The notes under the pieces are model-generated. The model did not search any database, was not told the DNA's origin, and was given only the letters and a program-made list of their open reading frames with translations. Of a stretch of 58,054 nucleotides of DNA, positions 28,101 to 38,289 are shown piece after piece. Every line of letters begins with the position of its first letter. Position 1 is the stretch's first letter. The stretch lies in the IMG/VR virus record IMGVR_UViG_3300032234_000118, positions 1 to 58,054 of that record; one strand, written 5' to 3'. The position numbers and the translations under genes were made by a program. The DNA comes from a virus (lineage: Duplodnaviria; Caudoviricetes).

Positions 28101-31100
28101 AGCACTTGCTAACTTATTAACTACAGGTAATTTAGAATTTACACATACACAAGATAAAAGTAGATGGGGTACAGAGTTTCCTAAACTTCTTATGGAAGTT
28201 AGAAATGAATTAAAAACTACACCACTTGCTGAATCTAATACAGTAGAGATACAAGATCCTGCTGATGCTAAAGCTGAGCCAGATAGTAAACTAGATAAGA
28301 AAAGAAAAGTATCTGGTAGAAAAGTAACTAGAGGTGGTAAAATCAATTTAAGTGATGATACTTTTGGTAAGCAGATAGATAATGATGAAGAACACTTTAA
28401 ATTATATGCTCAGAAATCTGTTAATCCTAAAGCTACAATGGCTCAAATTGAAGCTGCTAGAAAATGGTATGAGTCTAATCCAATAAGTAAGTACTTTCCA
28501 TTTAGACAGCTATTTGATTTAGTTAATGAGAAGAATCCTGATTCTGTAGCTACATGGTCTATGAACGGTGTAATGCTATACAAAGGTTCAGACTTTACAG
28601 ATTTGTATCATGAGGCATGGCATGGATTTACTCAGGCATTAATGTCTACTGAACAAAGAGATGAAATATATTCTGAAGTTAGAAAGAAGTCTGGTTCATT
28701 TACAGATTATGAAGGTAAGATAGTACAGTTTAAAGATGCTAATAATAAGCAGTTAGAAGAGTACTTAGCTGAAGACTTCAGAAAGTACATGCTATCTAAA
28801 GGTAAGAAAGTAGAGAAAGGAGCACCTAAGAAGAATACATTCTTTAGGAAGTTAATGAATCTACTTGAGTTCTTATTTGGTAATGCAACTATACAAGAAG
28901 TAACAGCTGATAATAAAGCTACTAGTAGACTACAAGAAGTTTATGAGAAGCTTAGTGCTGGAGAGTTTAGTGATTATGCGTTTAACAAAGATAACGCTGA
29001 GTTTGGATCACTTAATAAGAGTGGTATACAAGCTATAACTGAAGAGGATACATTTAAAAACTTTAGTGCTAAAGAATCTAAGTTACTTTTAGACTCTATG
29101 GATGCATGGATTGCTGAGGCAATACTAGCAGCTAACTCTGGTATAGAAAACCGTAAAGAGTATGAGGAGTTTAATAAGAAGTCAATTGACATGTTTTTAA
29201 ATAAAATGACTCCACAACAAATGGAGGAATTTAGAATTGAGATGGCTCCTAAATTAACTTATGGTCAGACAGCTAAATACTTACGTACTAAGGAGGGAAG
29301 AACCAATGCGTATAAAGCTGTTCAATATAAGTTAGCTGAATTAGTAAATAGAGTATTTGATGAACAAGAAGCAGAAAAAGATCCTGCTAAGAAGTTAAAA
29401 CTAAGAGAAACTCATACGCTATTATATAAAGCATTTACCAACTTTGGTGATGTTACTAATATAGAAAATAATCAACCAGGTAAAAACGGAGAATTAAAAG
29501 GTCTTATTACTTACCACATGGCTAAATCAAAAGAGTTTAGTGGTAAGATGACAGACTTATTAGATGAAGCTGAAGCATCAGACGAAACTAAATCTTCTAG
29601 ATCTGAGTATTCAGATAAGTCAGGTAATGATACATCATTAAGAGACCTTGCTAAAGCTGAGGTTATATACATGTTTAAGACATTATATAAGTATGATCCT
29701 AAAACAGGTCAGCCTGTACTTAATGAAATAGGTGCACCAATTCTTATGGATATAACAGCTACATGGAATAAGGTAGCTCTTATATTAGAGAATGAAAGGA
29801 ATGTAACTAGGATGTATGAAAAGTTATTAGCGTATGCACAGAATCCTGAGCAAACTGAAATGACTTATGCAATACGTCAGTTGCTTACTAAAATGGGACC
29901 TAAAGGAGTTAGTGGAGAAAACCTAGGACATCTTCAGAATAAGGATAGTGAGAATCTATGGACAGACTTTTGGTCTGTATTCTCTACAAGACGTATTCCT
30001 TTGATAGCAATGACTACTGAGATGAAAATGAGTAAGGGTGAAGTTGAGTCTATTTCTACTAGAATAGGTAGAGGTATCAACCCTAATATTCAAATTGGTA
30101 AAGCATGGAATAGTTTATTTAAGTCTGATGCTACTAATAAATACATGACACGTGTTGATGGTATTCCTAGATTAAACTTGGATAAAGTTCTTGAAGACTT
30201 TAAAGATGCTGATTATGTAATCAATAATAATAAAGTATTTGATTTCTTAGATGCAATAGGTGTTAAACTTACTAGAAATAAAGAGATTGAATTAGCATTA
30301 AGAGATGGTGATTCTGAACTTGGTATACCAGGTGATTACAAAATAGTTAAAGCGTTGCTAACTCCTACTCTTAATAGAGTAAAAGAAGATCCAGAATATA
30401 AAAAGATTTACAGTACTATAGTACAAAAGAATGTTGAAAGAAGATCTTTATTACAGATACTAAATGAGAATGGTGTATGGATACAGCAACCATCTGATAT
30501 ATTTGAAGCTAGAGAGGGAATGTTTGTTGCTGGTAGAGAAAAACTTAATCCAGGTACACCAGAAGAATCATACAGAGATATTAAAATAGGTAAACTAACT
30601 GGAGAGAAATCTAACTGGAACCAAGCATTAGCTTTGGAAGGTCAGTATGGCCAAGGTGTAGTTAGCTTCATGGTTACTACAGCTTCTGGTACTACACAGT
30701 TTGAACACTCATTAAATAGTACTATGTCTATCATGGTAACTTCATTAAATGAAGTACAAGATGATGAGAATAGTTCAGCATATGAGAAGCTTATAAAGAT
30801 GCCTCATATGTCTCACTTTGATATAGAGCGTAATCCAAATGCAAAGAGATATGCGTGGTTGAAGAATATGTTTTATATTGATGATGCATATAAGAATACT
30901 GCATTGTGGGGAAGAAGAAAAGAAGTTAAAGGTGTTCCTGTTAAATTAGATTTGTATAATATTAGTGGTGCACAGTTAGCTGGAGAAGAGGGAGTATCCT
31001 CTGCATCAGCTGACCCATTTACTAAGTTTATTTTTGATTTACATTTAGTGACTCAAAAAGGTTTAGGTGAATTTATGAAGCATTCAGATAAAAGTTCGTC

Positions 31101-34100
31101 TTATGCTGCTGCACTAAACTATATATTGTCTCCTGATGGGTTAGATGATCCTCAGCGGGGTATGTATATCACTAACAAAGACTTCTTAAAAAGTAGGAAT
31201 GCATATCACAGAAGAGCTTTCCAAAATTACATTCTTCCAAATATAATCTCTGAACACACACGTATAATGAAACTACGTGCTAAGAAAGAAGAGATTGATA
31301 ACATATTAAAGCAAATACAAAAAGAAAAGAAAGAAGGTAAGCAAATTACCCCAACTCCTGTGTATGATTTTACATACTTAAAGGAAGGTCAAAAGTTTCA
31401 TGTATTTGGAAATGTACTTAACAAAAACACTAAGGATAAGCTACTTAAGATAGATGACTTAGAGCAATTCTTTAATTCTGATGTTAATGAAGCACAGCAG
31501 AAGTTAATGGATGACCTTGTTGTAGAAACTCAAATGTACTTTGAAAAGAAGTTTAAAGAGAATAAAGAGTTATTTGATGAAGCAGGATTTATTTCTGATA
31601 CTCAGTTTGATGCCGTTATTGAAAGTTTAAAACTAGCTGATGGGGAACCTGCTCCAAATAGGCAAGAACTTACTGAGGCCATATTAAACTCTTTCACATA
31701 TAATAACTGGATACACAATTTAGAGTCTATTAATATGCTTTATGGTGACTTAGCATTGTATAATCATTTGAAAGAAGAGTTTCATAAACGTAATGCAGGT
31801 ATTGCTTCAACTGGTAAGGGTTATAGAACTGATAATGACATGATTAACTTCATTAATAATTATGGTTCTAGAGAGTTTGAAAATCAAGTACGTAGTGCAC
31901 AAGGCCTAGCTGCAAGACAGTATGATGGTACTTTGAATACAGGTGTGATGCGTGACAAGATAACACGTAGCGAGTACCTAGAAGAAATAGGCTTTAACCT
32001 TTATAATCAACTGAAGGAAAAAGCTATGAAGAACAAACCTTCAGATAAAACTGAAGCAGAAGTAGAAAAAGAATTAAAGACCAAGTTATTTGGTAAAAAA
32101 TATAGTGATATAGATATCAAGACTGTTGAATCTCTTAAAGATGTTGTTCCACAAGATCGCAGCATTATGAGTAATTACTATTCAATGAATGAAGCTGATG
32201 CTCAAGGTTGGATTAGTTTTGATGCCTATAGAATATTATCTATGTCACAGAATGTGTGGTCTCCTGCACAGGAAAACATGTACAAGGCAATGCTTAAAGG
32301 AGAAGAAATTCCAGGAGATAAAATTGGAACATTCTTCCCACCTATAAAAGCACAGTACTGGGGTAATCTTAAAACAAATGATTTACCTATTGTGGCTTTC
32401 CATAAATTCCAGTTAACACCTATTACACCATCTCTTACTAAAACTAGCCCTAAGATGGCTCAGCTACATGAAAAGATGATGTTGGAAGGTATTGACTATG
32501 CATTGTTTGAGTCTGGTTCTAAAGTAGGTACACTTACTACTGCACAGTTTGATGAAAAAGGTGAAGTAATAAGAGATGAAGAAGGTAATGTGAAGTCTCT
32601 TAAAGATGATGTTTATAATAAAGATCGTGAGATAACAGATAGTCCATTTACTGTAAACACAATATATGTAGAATACTTAAAGAATCAGTTGTCTATTGAG
32701 CCTAAGTATAAAGGAAAGGTAACTATACCTACTCAGATACGTAAGCTTATTGAGGTAGATATGACTGAGAATGGTATACCTACAGATTATCAAGTTGGTA
32801 AAGCACTTGAAGATAGAATTGAAAGTTGGTTTGGATTAACTGAAAAACAAAAACTTGATGCTTCTGATAAGTATAAGAAGATAAGAAGGTATGAGGATTC
32901 AGTAATGAAATTGACACTAATTAAGAAACAACAGTTACTAAATAAGGCTAAGCTTAAAGTTAATTCTGATGGAGAGCTTGTAGGTAACATGGATAACTTA
33001 ATTAAGTTTGTTAAGTCTCAGCTTACAGCTCAAGATATTGCAGACCATGAGTTAGACTTTATAGATTTTGATTACACTAGTGGTAAGATGAAGAATGATT
33101 TGTCATTCTCACTTAGTGCAGATAAAATTGAGAATCTACTTAATGCTCTTGTGTACAAGACAATGATTCGCCAGACTACAAAAGGTGAGTCACTTATCCA
33201 GGTATCTGGAGCTATGTTGGAAGGTCAAAAACTAACAGCTGCTACTGAGGAAATTCTAGCTAAGTATGGTACAAATGGTCTTACATATTACAGGATTAAT
33301 AAAGAGAAGGGTATAATCAATGCTATGAAGATTAAGATCTCTATGCAAGGAGATTTTGAAAAGCTATTGTACTTACCAGATGTTGCTGTATTTAAAACTA
33401 AAACTGACGAGCAAAATAAAACTGTAACAAGAAAAGGTGTACCTATTCAAGAACTTGATTATAATGCTTCTCTTGAAAATCTTAATAGATTAATTAAAGA
33501 TGAGACATGGTTAGATAAAGGTGACAATAGACAGATGATTAGTCTACATGGGGATCGTATTCCTATTCAAGGACTTAACTCTGATGAGTTTGCTGAGGTA
33601 TATGAGTTCCTTCCTAAAGATGTGGGTAACGTAGTTATTTTACCAGCAGAGATAGTGGCTAAGTCAGGTGGTGACTTTGATATTGATAAGATCACTTGGA
33701 TGATGCCTAACATATCTTTGAATATGAATACTGATGCAAATGATAATTCAGTGTATGATGTTTCTCTTTATAAGGCGTTTTCAGATGATCAGTATAAAAA
33801 GAAATATGAAGAATATAAAACAAAGGCAGCTGAAAAAGTTATTACTGAAGGATTTGAACCAGGTTTAGATAGAACTATGGCAATCTTTACTTACTACAAA
33901 TTATTTGGTGGTAAGGAAGTTGTAAATAGTCAAATTACAGATGCTCTAATAGAAGAAGGTGAACTATTAACCTTTGAGGAGTTTGTATTGAAAGATCAAG
34001 AAAAAGCTGCTCAAAATGAATTACTATTCTCTATTAATAACTTGTCTAGTCAAACTGATAACTATATTAACTTAGTTAGACCTAATGGTATTGATATACT

Positions 34101-37100
34101 TGAGCCTGTAGTTAATGACCTGAAAAAGGTATATAGAGATTATAGGGCACAGATAACTACCAATGACGAGGATGCTCCATCAAAAGGTATACATGCAACA
34201 AGAGTTCTTGAATATAGATATAATTTATCTAAACAAACTCATAATAACTATGGTAAGAAAGCTTTAGGTATTGGTGCTGTGGACAATACATACAACGAGT
34301 TATTTAACAGAGTTGGTATGTACTTGATTCCTAATAATAGAGAGTTTGTTAAAGGATTAGAGAGTGCTGATATTGAAGCTTCTGTAAAAAGGGCGTTGGC
34401 ATTTAGAAATGCTAGTGATTTAATAAATAATAAAAAGAAAGAGAAGCAAGAAATTACATCTGATGATTGGAGTGCATTTAATAAAGCTAAGAAAGAATTT
34501 ACTCAAGAAGATAAAGAAATAATTTCAAACTTCCAAAGACAAACGCTTTACTTACCACATAATAAAATGACAGCTAAAGATGCTTCTGGTGTTAAATACA
34601 AAGACAAGGCTATCTCTCTGTCACATATTATGGATGCTAAGGGTGAGAACAAAATTGGAGATGTCATATCTCAGCTAATGAACGGTTGGGTGGATATTGC
34701 TAAAGATCCTTGGATATTCTATATAAGAGGTGATGAAAAGCTTGGACCAATGTTATTATTCCTTGTACAAGCAGGAGTACCAGTTGATCATGCTGCGCAT
34801 TTATTAAGTCAGCCTGTTGTAGTAGACTACATGGAAACTGTATCTAAATTACAAAGCCAGTTCTCTGATGCTATATTTAAAACTGATACTGAGGGAGAAG
34901 CTAAAGAAAAGATTACTAGAGATAAGGCTATACTTAGAGCTAAGGAAATCATCATGGAAAAACTTGGCTATGAGATTACAGGTGTTGGTAAATCAAGGAT
35001 TGCAAATCTTAATAAAAAAATCTCAGAGGAAAGTGTATATGTCCTTGATAAAGTGCTTAAGGATGGTGAGTTTGCAATGGATGACTTGAAAGATCAGTTG
35101 GATTATGTTAAAACAAAGTATAATAAGTTTGGTAAAGATGGTTTATTAGTTGGTGATCAAACTGAAATTGATTATTCAGATCCTAAGATAGCTGATTACC
35201 AGAGATCTGTATTCTTACATTTCTTGCAGATAGCAGATATGGAGAGTGCGTTAAAAGATGTTAAGCTTAGAACTAACTTTGATACTAGCAAAACATCTAA
35301 TTTATTTGAAGCACAAAACAAGATGCTTCAGTTGATGGAACTTAAGAGAAGTAGAACTGATTCTAATACACAAAAGAAGTACTGGAGATTACCTTCAGAA
35401 GTTATTGACAGAATGGTTCCTACTATTAAGGATGCAAGTGGTAATGATACTGGTTTACTTGATGAGTCTAAGGTTGGTGCTATTGTTGGTGGATTCTATC
35501 AACAGCCTTTCCAATTACAGTTGTGGAAGGACTTGTTCCCACTAAGAAACAACCCTATACTAAACTCATTTATGATTGATATGTCCTTTACTAAAAAGGA
35601 TGATTCAAAATCAGCAACATTCTTCAAAGATGATACTCAGTTAATGAGTGCATTTAAGAGTTCATTGTTGCCTATTATATTCCAGAACTCATTCTTAGGA
35701 TTTGATGCTTCTCAGTTAACTTCAAGAAACCTTGATACTGTTAAGTTTAAAGGAATGGATTTGAAGGTTGCTACTGTTGGTGCATTTGAGACTGGAGCAT
35801 TTGTTAAGAATGCAGGTTCTGTAGTTGACGGTGTTAAACTAGAACAGCCTGTGTTGTACTTTGATATAAATGCATTATGGTCTCAGTTTAATGAAGGGTT
35901 CTATGCCACTAAAGGCTACTCTAAACTAGGATTAGCTAAGCTTGATCAAGGAACGTTTACATCTTTCAACGAATACATAAAGTTTGTATTTGAAAGAGAG
36001 ACCTTAAGATCTCAGTATGTTGGTGAAGGAAGTAAGAAAAGTATGAAGGCTCTGCAAGAAACTCCAGAGTACAAAGAATACTTTAAGGATTCAATCAACG
36101 ATGTAAAGAGAAAAGAAACTGATGGTGTTAAAGAGTCTACATATGATTGGAATAAGCGTAGACATAGACTTGCATTTGAAAGATACATAAAAGATAAGGC
36201 ACTTCAAAATGCTTATAACTTATATGCTATGTTCAATGGGCAAACAGCATATGCTTATGAGGTTACTAAAATTAAATTTGATCCTAGATTTGAAGGACTA
36301 GTTGATAAGTTTCCTGTACTTAATAATCTAATTCCTGACTCTGAGCAATCTCAAGTATCTAAGAAACAGCGTATTAACTTAGCATTCTTAGACGCACCAA
36401 CTACAGGTGATGAAATCAATAACTATTATGAGCAGTTACAAGATCTTGCTAATGAGGTGCAGATTTCTAAGGCAATGCCAGAACTTAAATCAGATGAATT
36501 GAATGAGATTGCTACTGTGTTTAGAAAGCTACCTATAGCTGCGTTCTTACAATCTGGTATGAGTACAGTGGGTAGATATTCATTAGTACGTGTAGTTAAT
36601 CAGGATACTATTACTTCTATGATACTTCAACCAGTGAAGGAGTTTATAGATAAGATATCTGAAGACAATGCAAATGGTAACTATGAAACACTTAACAATT
36701 ACTGGGATGCGTTCGTATCTGCTAATAAGATCTATGATGCTCGTGGTAAAAACTTTGTAATTAAGACAAACATTGAAGGTAAGGCTGTTGAGGATCTTAG
36801 ACAAGCTAGATTTACAGTTGAAGATCCTACTGCGTATGGTGTTAAAAGAACTTATAATCCATTCTTTATAGATGAGAATGGAGTTCCTACAGAATCATAC
36901 AGTAAGGTAGGTGATCAAATAGATGTAGTGTTTACAGTTAGCGGTAAAGATTTTGTAAGCAAAGGTCACATTCTTAGCTTAGAATGGAAAGATAACAGAG
37001 TCATTGCTACTGTTGAGAATGACAATAACCGTAACCTATATACGTTTAAGTTCAATTTATCTGGTGAATTAACAGAGTATATTAAGGATGATCTTTCTGA

Positions 37101-38286
37101 TAAAGGGCCTGTTGTAAGTAATAAAAATATAGTAAAGCCTTCTATTATAATCAATGAAGATTTGATTAAGACTTTATTAGGTGAAGAGTCTGTTGGTTAT
37201 ACTATCCCTGGTGAAGAGATAGGTATCACATATACTATTGATGGTGAAAAGGTAAACAGCAGAATTGAGGTACAAGAAATTGAAGACATTGGTTACTCTG
37301 CTGATAGCTTCCCTACAGGAAACGCATATGTAAGTAACGAAAGTAATTTCTTAGTTAAGGTTAAAGGTGTCAAGAGTGGAAAAGTATCTCAGTATATTGT
37401 TAATGCTTACGGAGATGTAATATACAATGTAAAAGACAATGGTGAAATTTCTCTTTCAAGAAGTAGTACTAAGTTAGATATTGACTTACCACTTAAGAGA
37501 AAGAAAGCTGGATACATTGTAAAGAGTTATACTGAGATTGATAACTTAATCCAGAATACAGGTATTCTTCCAGGTACAATAATAGACTTGATGGAACCAC
37601 ATCCTAAAGTTAAGACTACTAAGAGTACACTATTGTTATACGATGCATTGACGCTTACTCTTGTTCCTGTTACTGATACATATGATGATGTAATTGAGGA
37701 GAAAGAACTAGCTGAGGATGACTCTAATTTCTTTATGGTTTACAATGGTGCAACTTCTCCTAGAGGTAACATCTATCAAGAGAGACCTTCAGCAACTGCT
37801 GCTCCTGGTGGTAAAGGGTCTGTTGATTTAAAAGATAGGTTCATACACCACAGTGAGTATACTAATAAGGTTGGTTTAATAACTAGATTAACCTATGGTG
37901 GTGGTACTACAGTAGAATTTATTACAGATGAAATAGATCCTGAAACTGGAGCTGCAAGCGTAAGACCTGAAATTAAAGAAGCAATAGATTTAGGCATTGA
38001 AGAAATCAAAAATAAAATAGAAAAAGAAAATCTAAAACCAAGATTTAGTAGTGCAGGTTATGGTCAGTATATGATTGGTGCTGATGACATGACCTCAGAG
38101 ATAATTGGTGATCCTATAGCTAAGGAAACTTTCATATATTTGTCTAAGAAACTATTAGAGCTAGGCTATATTAATCCTAACTTTATAGAGAAAGCAGAAG
38201 GTTTGAAAGATGTTGCCAGTGCTACTAAGCAACCAGTGACTGATGAAGAGTTTGTAGATCTAATGAATAAATGTTTTAACATATAA
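25156..38286 (+). CDS. Virion-packaged single-chain (crAss-type) DNA-dependent RNA polymerase
   Basis: 4376 aa. RIPIQG...AKSGGDFDIDK with the catalytic DFDID at 33673-33687, as in phi14:2 gp66; also KRNAG, DAQG, VDIAKDP and a HEAWH zincin motif at 28609-28623. Confidence 0.92.
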   Translation: MFCSLNSEEGKKAYIALTTYVGSVMNNIAFSPVDKFDIDKLMKDTYDNVYNSTNNYEQAIDITRAIPRIVLSLAPRDISILSTLIPKGLNLSSIAEYATQANEEKTGISFIEDKLGVSQDILQEVKDAQEGTVKQEVPEEKIESELPEIQVPGEQLTFSFDENGEVETVDVTEEVTKQKTDIEAKKADIERRRQKAIEFNKGAKPVTEEDYKEFDKDFVLTEEYKKLLGTYDFDLDPESRSDDDLVGNIKSIQEGMDLINAKYDAELAALEDTEEQIILPEDKVFEAVAPHVLKDTDNEALSMDKASSKFNVIDPAKKLFYKVKRNIVRAIRGGAKSSEINYPGVGALYLKAQSSSLLPEDVKLKDSSPVVLVVVDKDGNAVKFDDNGNVSPTGKISFYNLRTPFDIDGKYEKKRITALAKQFKISEEVAKKVLLKERGVVEEVLDYVSKDINNTVIMDITGGTLGHLGSQAEPYLISKVAFGKDVFRVDYDGKGNYTFRLPSVSDDAIRIGRTETKDSPALVDLLSDFIVNDIYTTSGALLTNKEKKDILSRYLMLSSSQVSVLSTGPILLGEKMQVNTPEERVAAKEALVKYFNNLFPYKVLDKGEVNDRVRNGARIVSDINDATNRGDILAKTDVNTGELVYQLLTYPTLNITKAGLDAGMHFSLAKDDVNGGMRMTPIVNGYTENYIKENYKIDKLLNAENQLVALNAYLTFEPVSYETGKIDPVTTKEEEEELDDYDAFLEQLTAEQKAAYDALPAETKEAMAIIKNANANLPFNGILSQQTVLTFENNLRGGLYDRNFAVEVLTQLKDQIKLSAEQIRIAEANIRKFTKPVQAPISPVPVTGSTNITATIQPVVNKEGKVNIYDGTKENAHLSNFAERPFVYEGTEFPTVEHAFQYAKGKFYNEYAIDPSSDETPDQRRALVDKHLQKILNAKTAAEAKRLGRAQIGVDFEDDMWDEASPAIMKKLIEESFKQNPEALANLLTTGNLEFTHTQDKSRWGTEFPKLLMEVRNELKTTPLAESNTVEIQDPADAKAEPDSKLDKKRKVSGRKVTRGGKINLSDDTFGKQIDNDEEHFKLYAQKSVNPKATMAQIEAARKWYESNPISKYFPFRQLFDLVNEKNPDSVATWSMNGVMLYKGSDFTDLYHEAWHGFTQALMSTEQRDEIYSEVRKKSGSFTDYEGKIVQFKDANNKQLEEYLAEDFRKYMLSKGKKVEKGAPKKNTFFRKLMNLLEFLFGNATIQEVTADNKATSRLQEVYEKLSAGEFSDYAFNKDNAEFGSLNKSGIQAITEEDTFKNFSAKESKLLLDSMDAWIAEAILAANSGIENRKEYEEFNKKSIDMFLNKMTPQQMEEFRIEMAPKLTYGQTAKYLRTKEGRTNAYKAVQYKLAELVNRVFDEQEAEKDPAKKLKLRETHTLLYKAFTNFGDVTNIENNQPGKNGELKGLITYHMAKSKEFSGKMTDLLDEAEASDETKSSRSEYSDKSGNDTSLRDLAKAEVIYMFKTLYKYDPKTGQPVLNEIGAPILMDITATWNKVALILENERNVTRMYEKLLAYAQNPEQTEMTYAIRQLLTKMGPKGVSGENLGHLQNKDSENLWTDFWSVFSTRRIPLIAMTTEMKMSKGEVESISTRIGRGINPNIQIGKAWNSLFKSDATNKYMTRVDGIPRLNLDKVLEDFKDADYVINNNKVFDFLDAIGVKLTRNKEIELALRDGDSELGIPGDYKIVKALLTPTLNRVKEDPEYKKIYSTIVQKNVERRSLLQILNENGVWIQQPSDIFEAREGMFVAGREKLNPGTPEESYRDIKIGKLTGEKSNWNQALALEGQYGQGVVSFMVTTASGTTQFEHSLNSTMSIMVTSLNEVQDDENSSAYEKLIKMPHMSHFDIERNPNAKRYAWLKNMFYIDDAYKNTALWGRRKEVKGVPVKLDLYNISGAQLAGEEGVSSASADPFTKFIFDLHLVTQKGLGEFMKHSDKSSSYAAALNYILSPDGLDDPQRGMYITNKDFLKSRNAYHRRAFQNYILPNIISEHTRIMKLRAKKEEIDNILKQIQKEKKEGKQITPTPVYDFTYLKEGQKFHVFGNVLNKNTKDKLLKIDDLEQFFNSDVNEAQQKLMDDLVVETQMYFEKKFKENKELFDEAGFISDTQFDAVIESLKLADGEPAPNRQELTEAILNSFTYNNWIHNLESINMLYGDLALYNHLKEEFHKRNAGIASTGKGYRTDNDMINFINNYGSREFENQVRSAQGLAARQYDGTLNTGVMRDKITRSEYLEEIGFNLYNQLKEKAMKNKPSDKTEAEVEKELKTKLFGKKYSDIDIKTVESLKDVVPQDRSIMSNYYSMNEADAQGWISFDAYRILSMSQNVWSPAQENMYKAMLKGEEIPGDKIGTFFPPIKAQYWGNLKTNDLPIVAFHKFQLTPITPSLTKTSPKMAQLHEKMMLEGIDYALFESGSKVGTLTTAQFDEKGEVIRDEEGNVKSLKDDVYNKDREITDSPFTVNTIYVEYLKNQLSIEPKYKGKVTIPTQIRKLIEVDMTENGIPTDYQVGKALEDRIESWFGLTEKQKLDASDKYKKIRRYEDSVMKLTLIKKQQLLNKAKLKVNSDGELVGNMDNLIKFVKSQLTAQDIADHELDFIDFDYTSGKMKNDLSFSLSADKIENLLNALVYKTMIRQTTKGESLIQVSGAMLEGQKLTAATEEILAKYGTNGLTYYRINKEKGIINAMKIKISMQGDFEKLLYLPDVAVFKTKTDEQNKTVTRKGVPIQELDYNASLENLNRLIKDETWLDKGDNRQMISLHGDRIPIQGLNSDEFAEVYEFLPKDVGNVVILPAEIVAKSGGDFDIDKITWMMPNISLNMNTDANDNSVYDVSLYKAFSDDQYKKKYEEYKTKAAEKVITEGFEPGLDRTMAIFTYYKLFGGKEVVNSQITDALIEEGELLTFEEFVLKDQEKAAQNELLFSINNLSSQTDNYINLVRPNGIDILEPVVNDLKKVYRDYRAQITTNDEDAPSKGIHATRVLEYRYNLSKQTHNNYGKKALGIGAVDNTYNELFNRVGMYLIPNNREFVKGLESADIEASVKRALAFRNASDLINNKKKEKQEITSDDWSAFNKAKKEFTQEDKEIISNFQRQTLYLPHNKMTAKDASGVKYKDKAISLSHIMDAKGENKIGDVISQLMNGWVDIAKDPWIFYIRGDEKLGPMLLFLVQAGVPVDHAAHLLSQPVVVDYMETVSKLQSQFSDAIFKTDTEGEAKEKITRDKAILRAKEIIMEKLGYEITGVGKSRIANLNKKISEESVYVLDKVLKDGEFAMDDLKDQLDYVKTKYNKFGKDGLLVGDQTEIDYSDPKIADYQRSVFLHFLQIADMESALKDVKLRTNFDTSKTSNLFEAQNKMLQLMELKRSRTDSNTQKKYWRLPSEVIDRMVPTIKDASGNDTGLLDESKVGAIVGGFYQQPFQLQLWKDLFPLRNNPILNSFMIDMSFTKKDDSKSATFFKDDTQLMSAFKSSLLPIIFQNSFLGFDASQLTSRNLDTVKFKGMDLKVATVGAFETGAFVKNAGSVVDGVKLEQPVLYFDINALWSQFNEGFYATKGYSKLGLAKLDQGTFTSFNEYIKFVFERETLRSQYVGEGSKKSMKALQETPEYKEYFKDSINDVKRKETDGVKESTYDWNKRRHRLAFERYIKDKALQNAYNLYAMFNGQTAYAYEVTKIKFDPRFEGLVDKFPVLNNLIPDSEQSQVSKKQRINLAFLDAPTTGDEINNYYEQLQDLANEVQISKAMPELKSDELNEIATVFRKLPIAAFLQSGMSTVGRYSLVRVVNQDTITSMILQPVKEFIDKISEDNANGNYETLNNYWDAFVSANKIYDARGKNFVIKTNIEGKAVEDLRQARFTVEDPTAYGVKRTYNPFFIDENGVPTESYSKVGDQIDVVFTVSGKDFVSKGHILSLEWKDNRVIATVENDNNRNLYTFKFNLSGELTEYIKDDLSDKGPVVSNKNIVKPSIIINEDLIKTLLGEESVGYTIPGEEIGITYTIDGEKVNSRIEVQEIEDIGYSADSFPTGNAYVSNESNFLVKVKGVKSGKVSQYIVNAYGDVIYNVKDNGEISLSRSSTKLDIDLPLKRKKAGYIVKSYTEIDNLIQNTGILPGTIIDLMEPHPKVKTTKSTLLLYDALTLTLVPVTDTYDDVIEEKELAEDDSNFFMVYNGATSPRGNIYQERPSATAAPGGKGSVDLKDRFIHHSEYTNKVGLITRLTYGGGTTVEFITDEIDPETGAASVRPEIKEAIDLGIEEIKNKIEKENLKPRFSSAGYGQYMIGADDMTSEIIGDPIAKETFIYLSKKLLELGYINPNFIEKAEGLKDVASATKQPVTDEEFVDLMNKCFNI
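27751..28215 (+). other. NADAR (YbiA/DUF1768-like) domain within the virion RNA polymerase
   Basis: LSNFAERPFVYEGTEFPTVEHAFQYAK..ILNAKTAAEAKRLGR..WD..IMKKLIEESFKQNP..LLTTG..DKSRWG..PKLLMEVR. Confidence 0.85.
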
Positions 38287-38289
38287 GAA

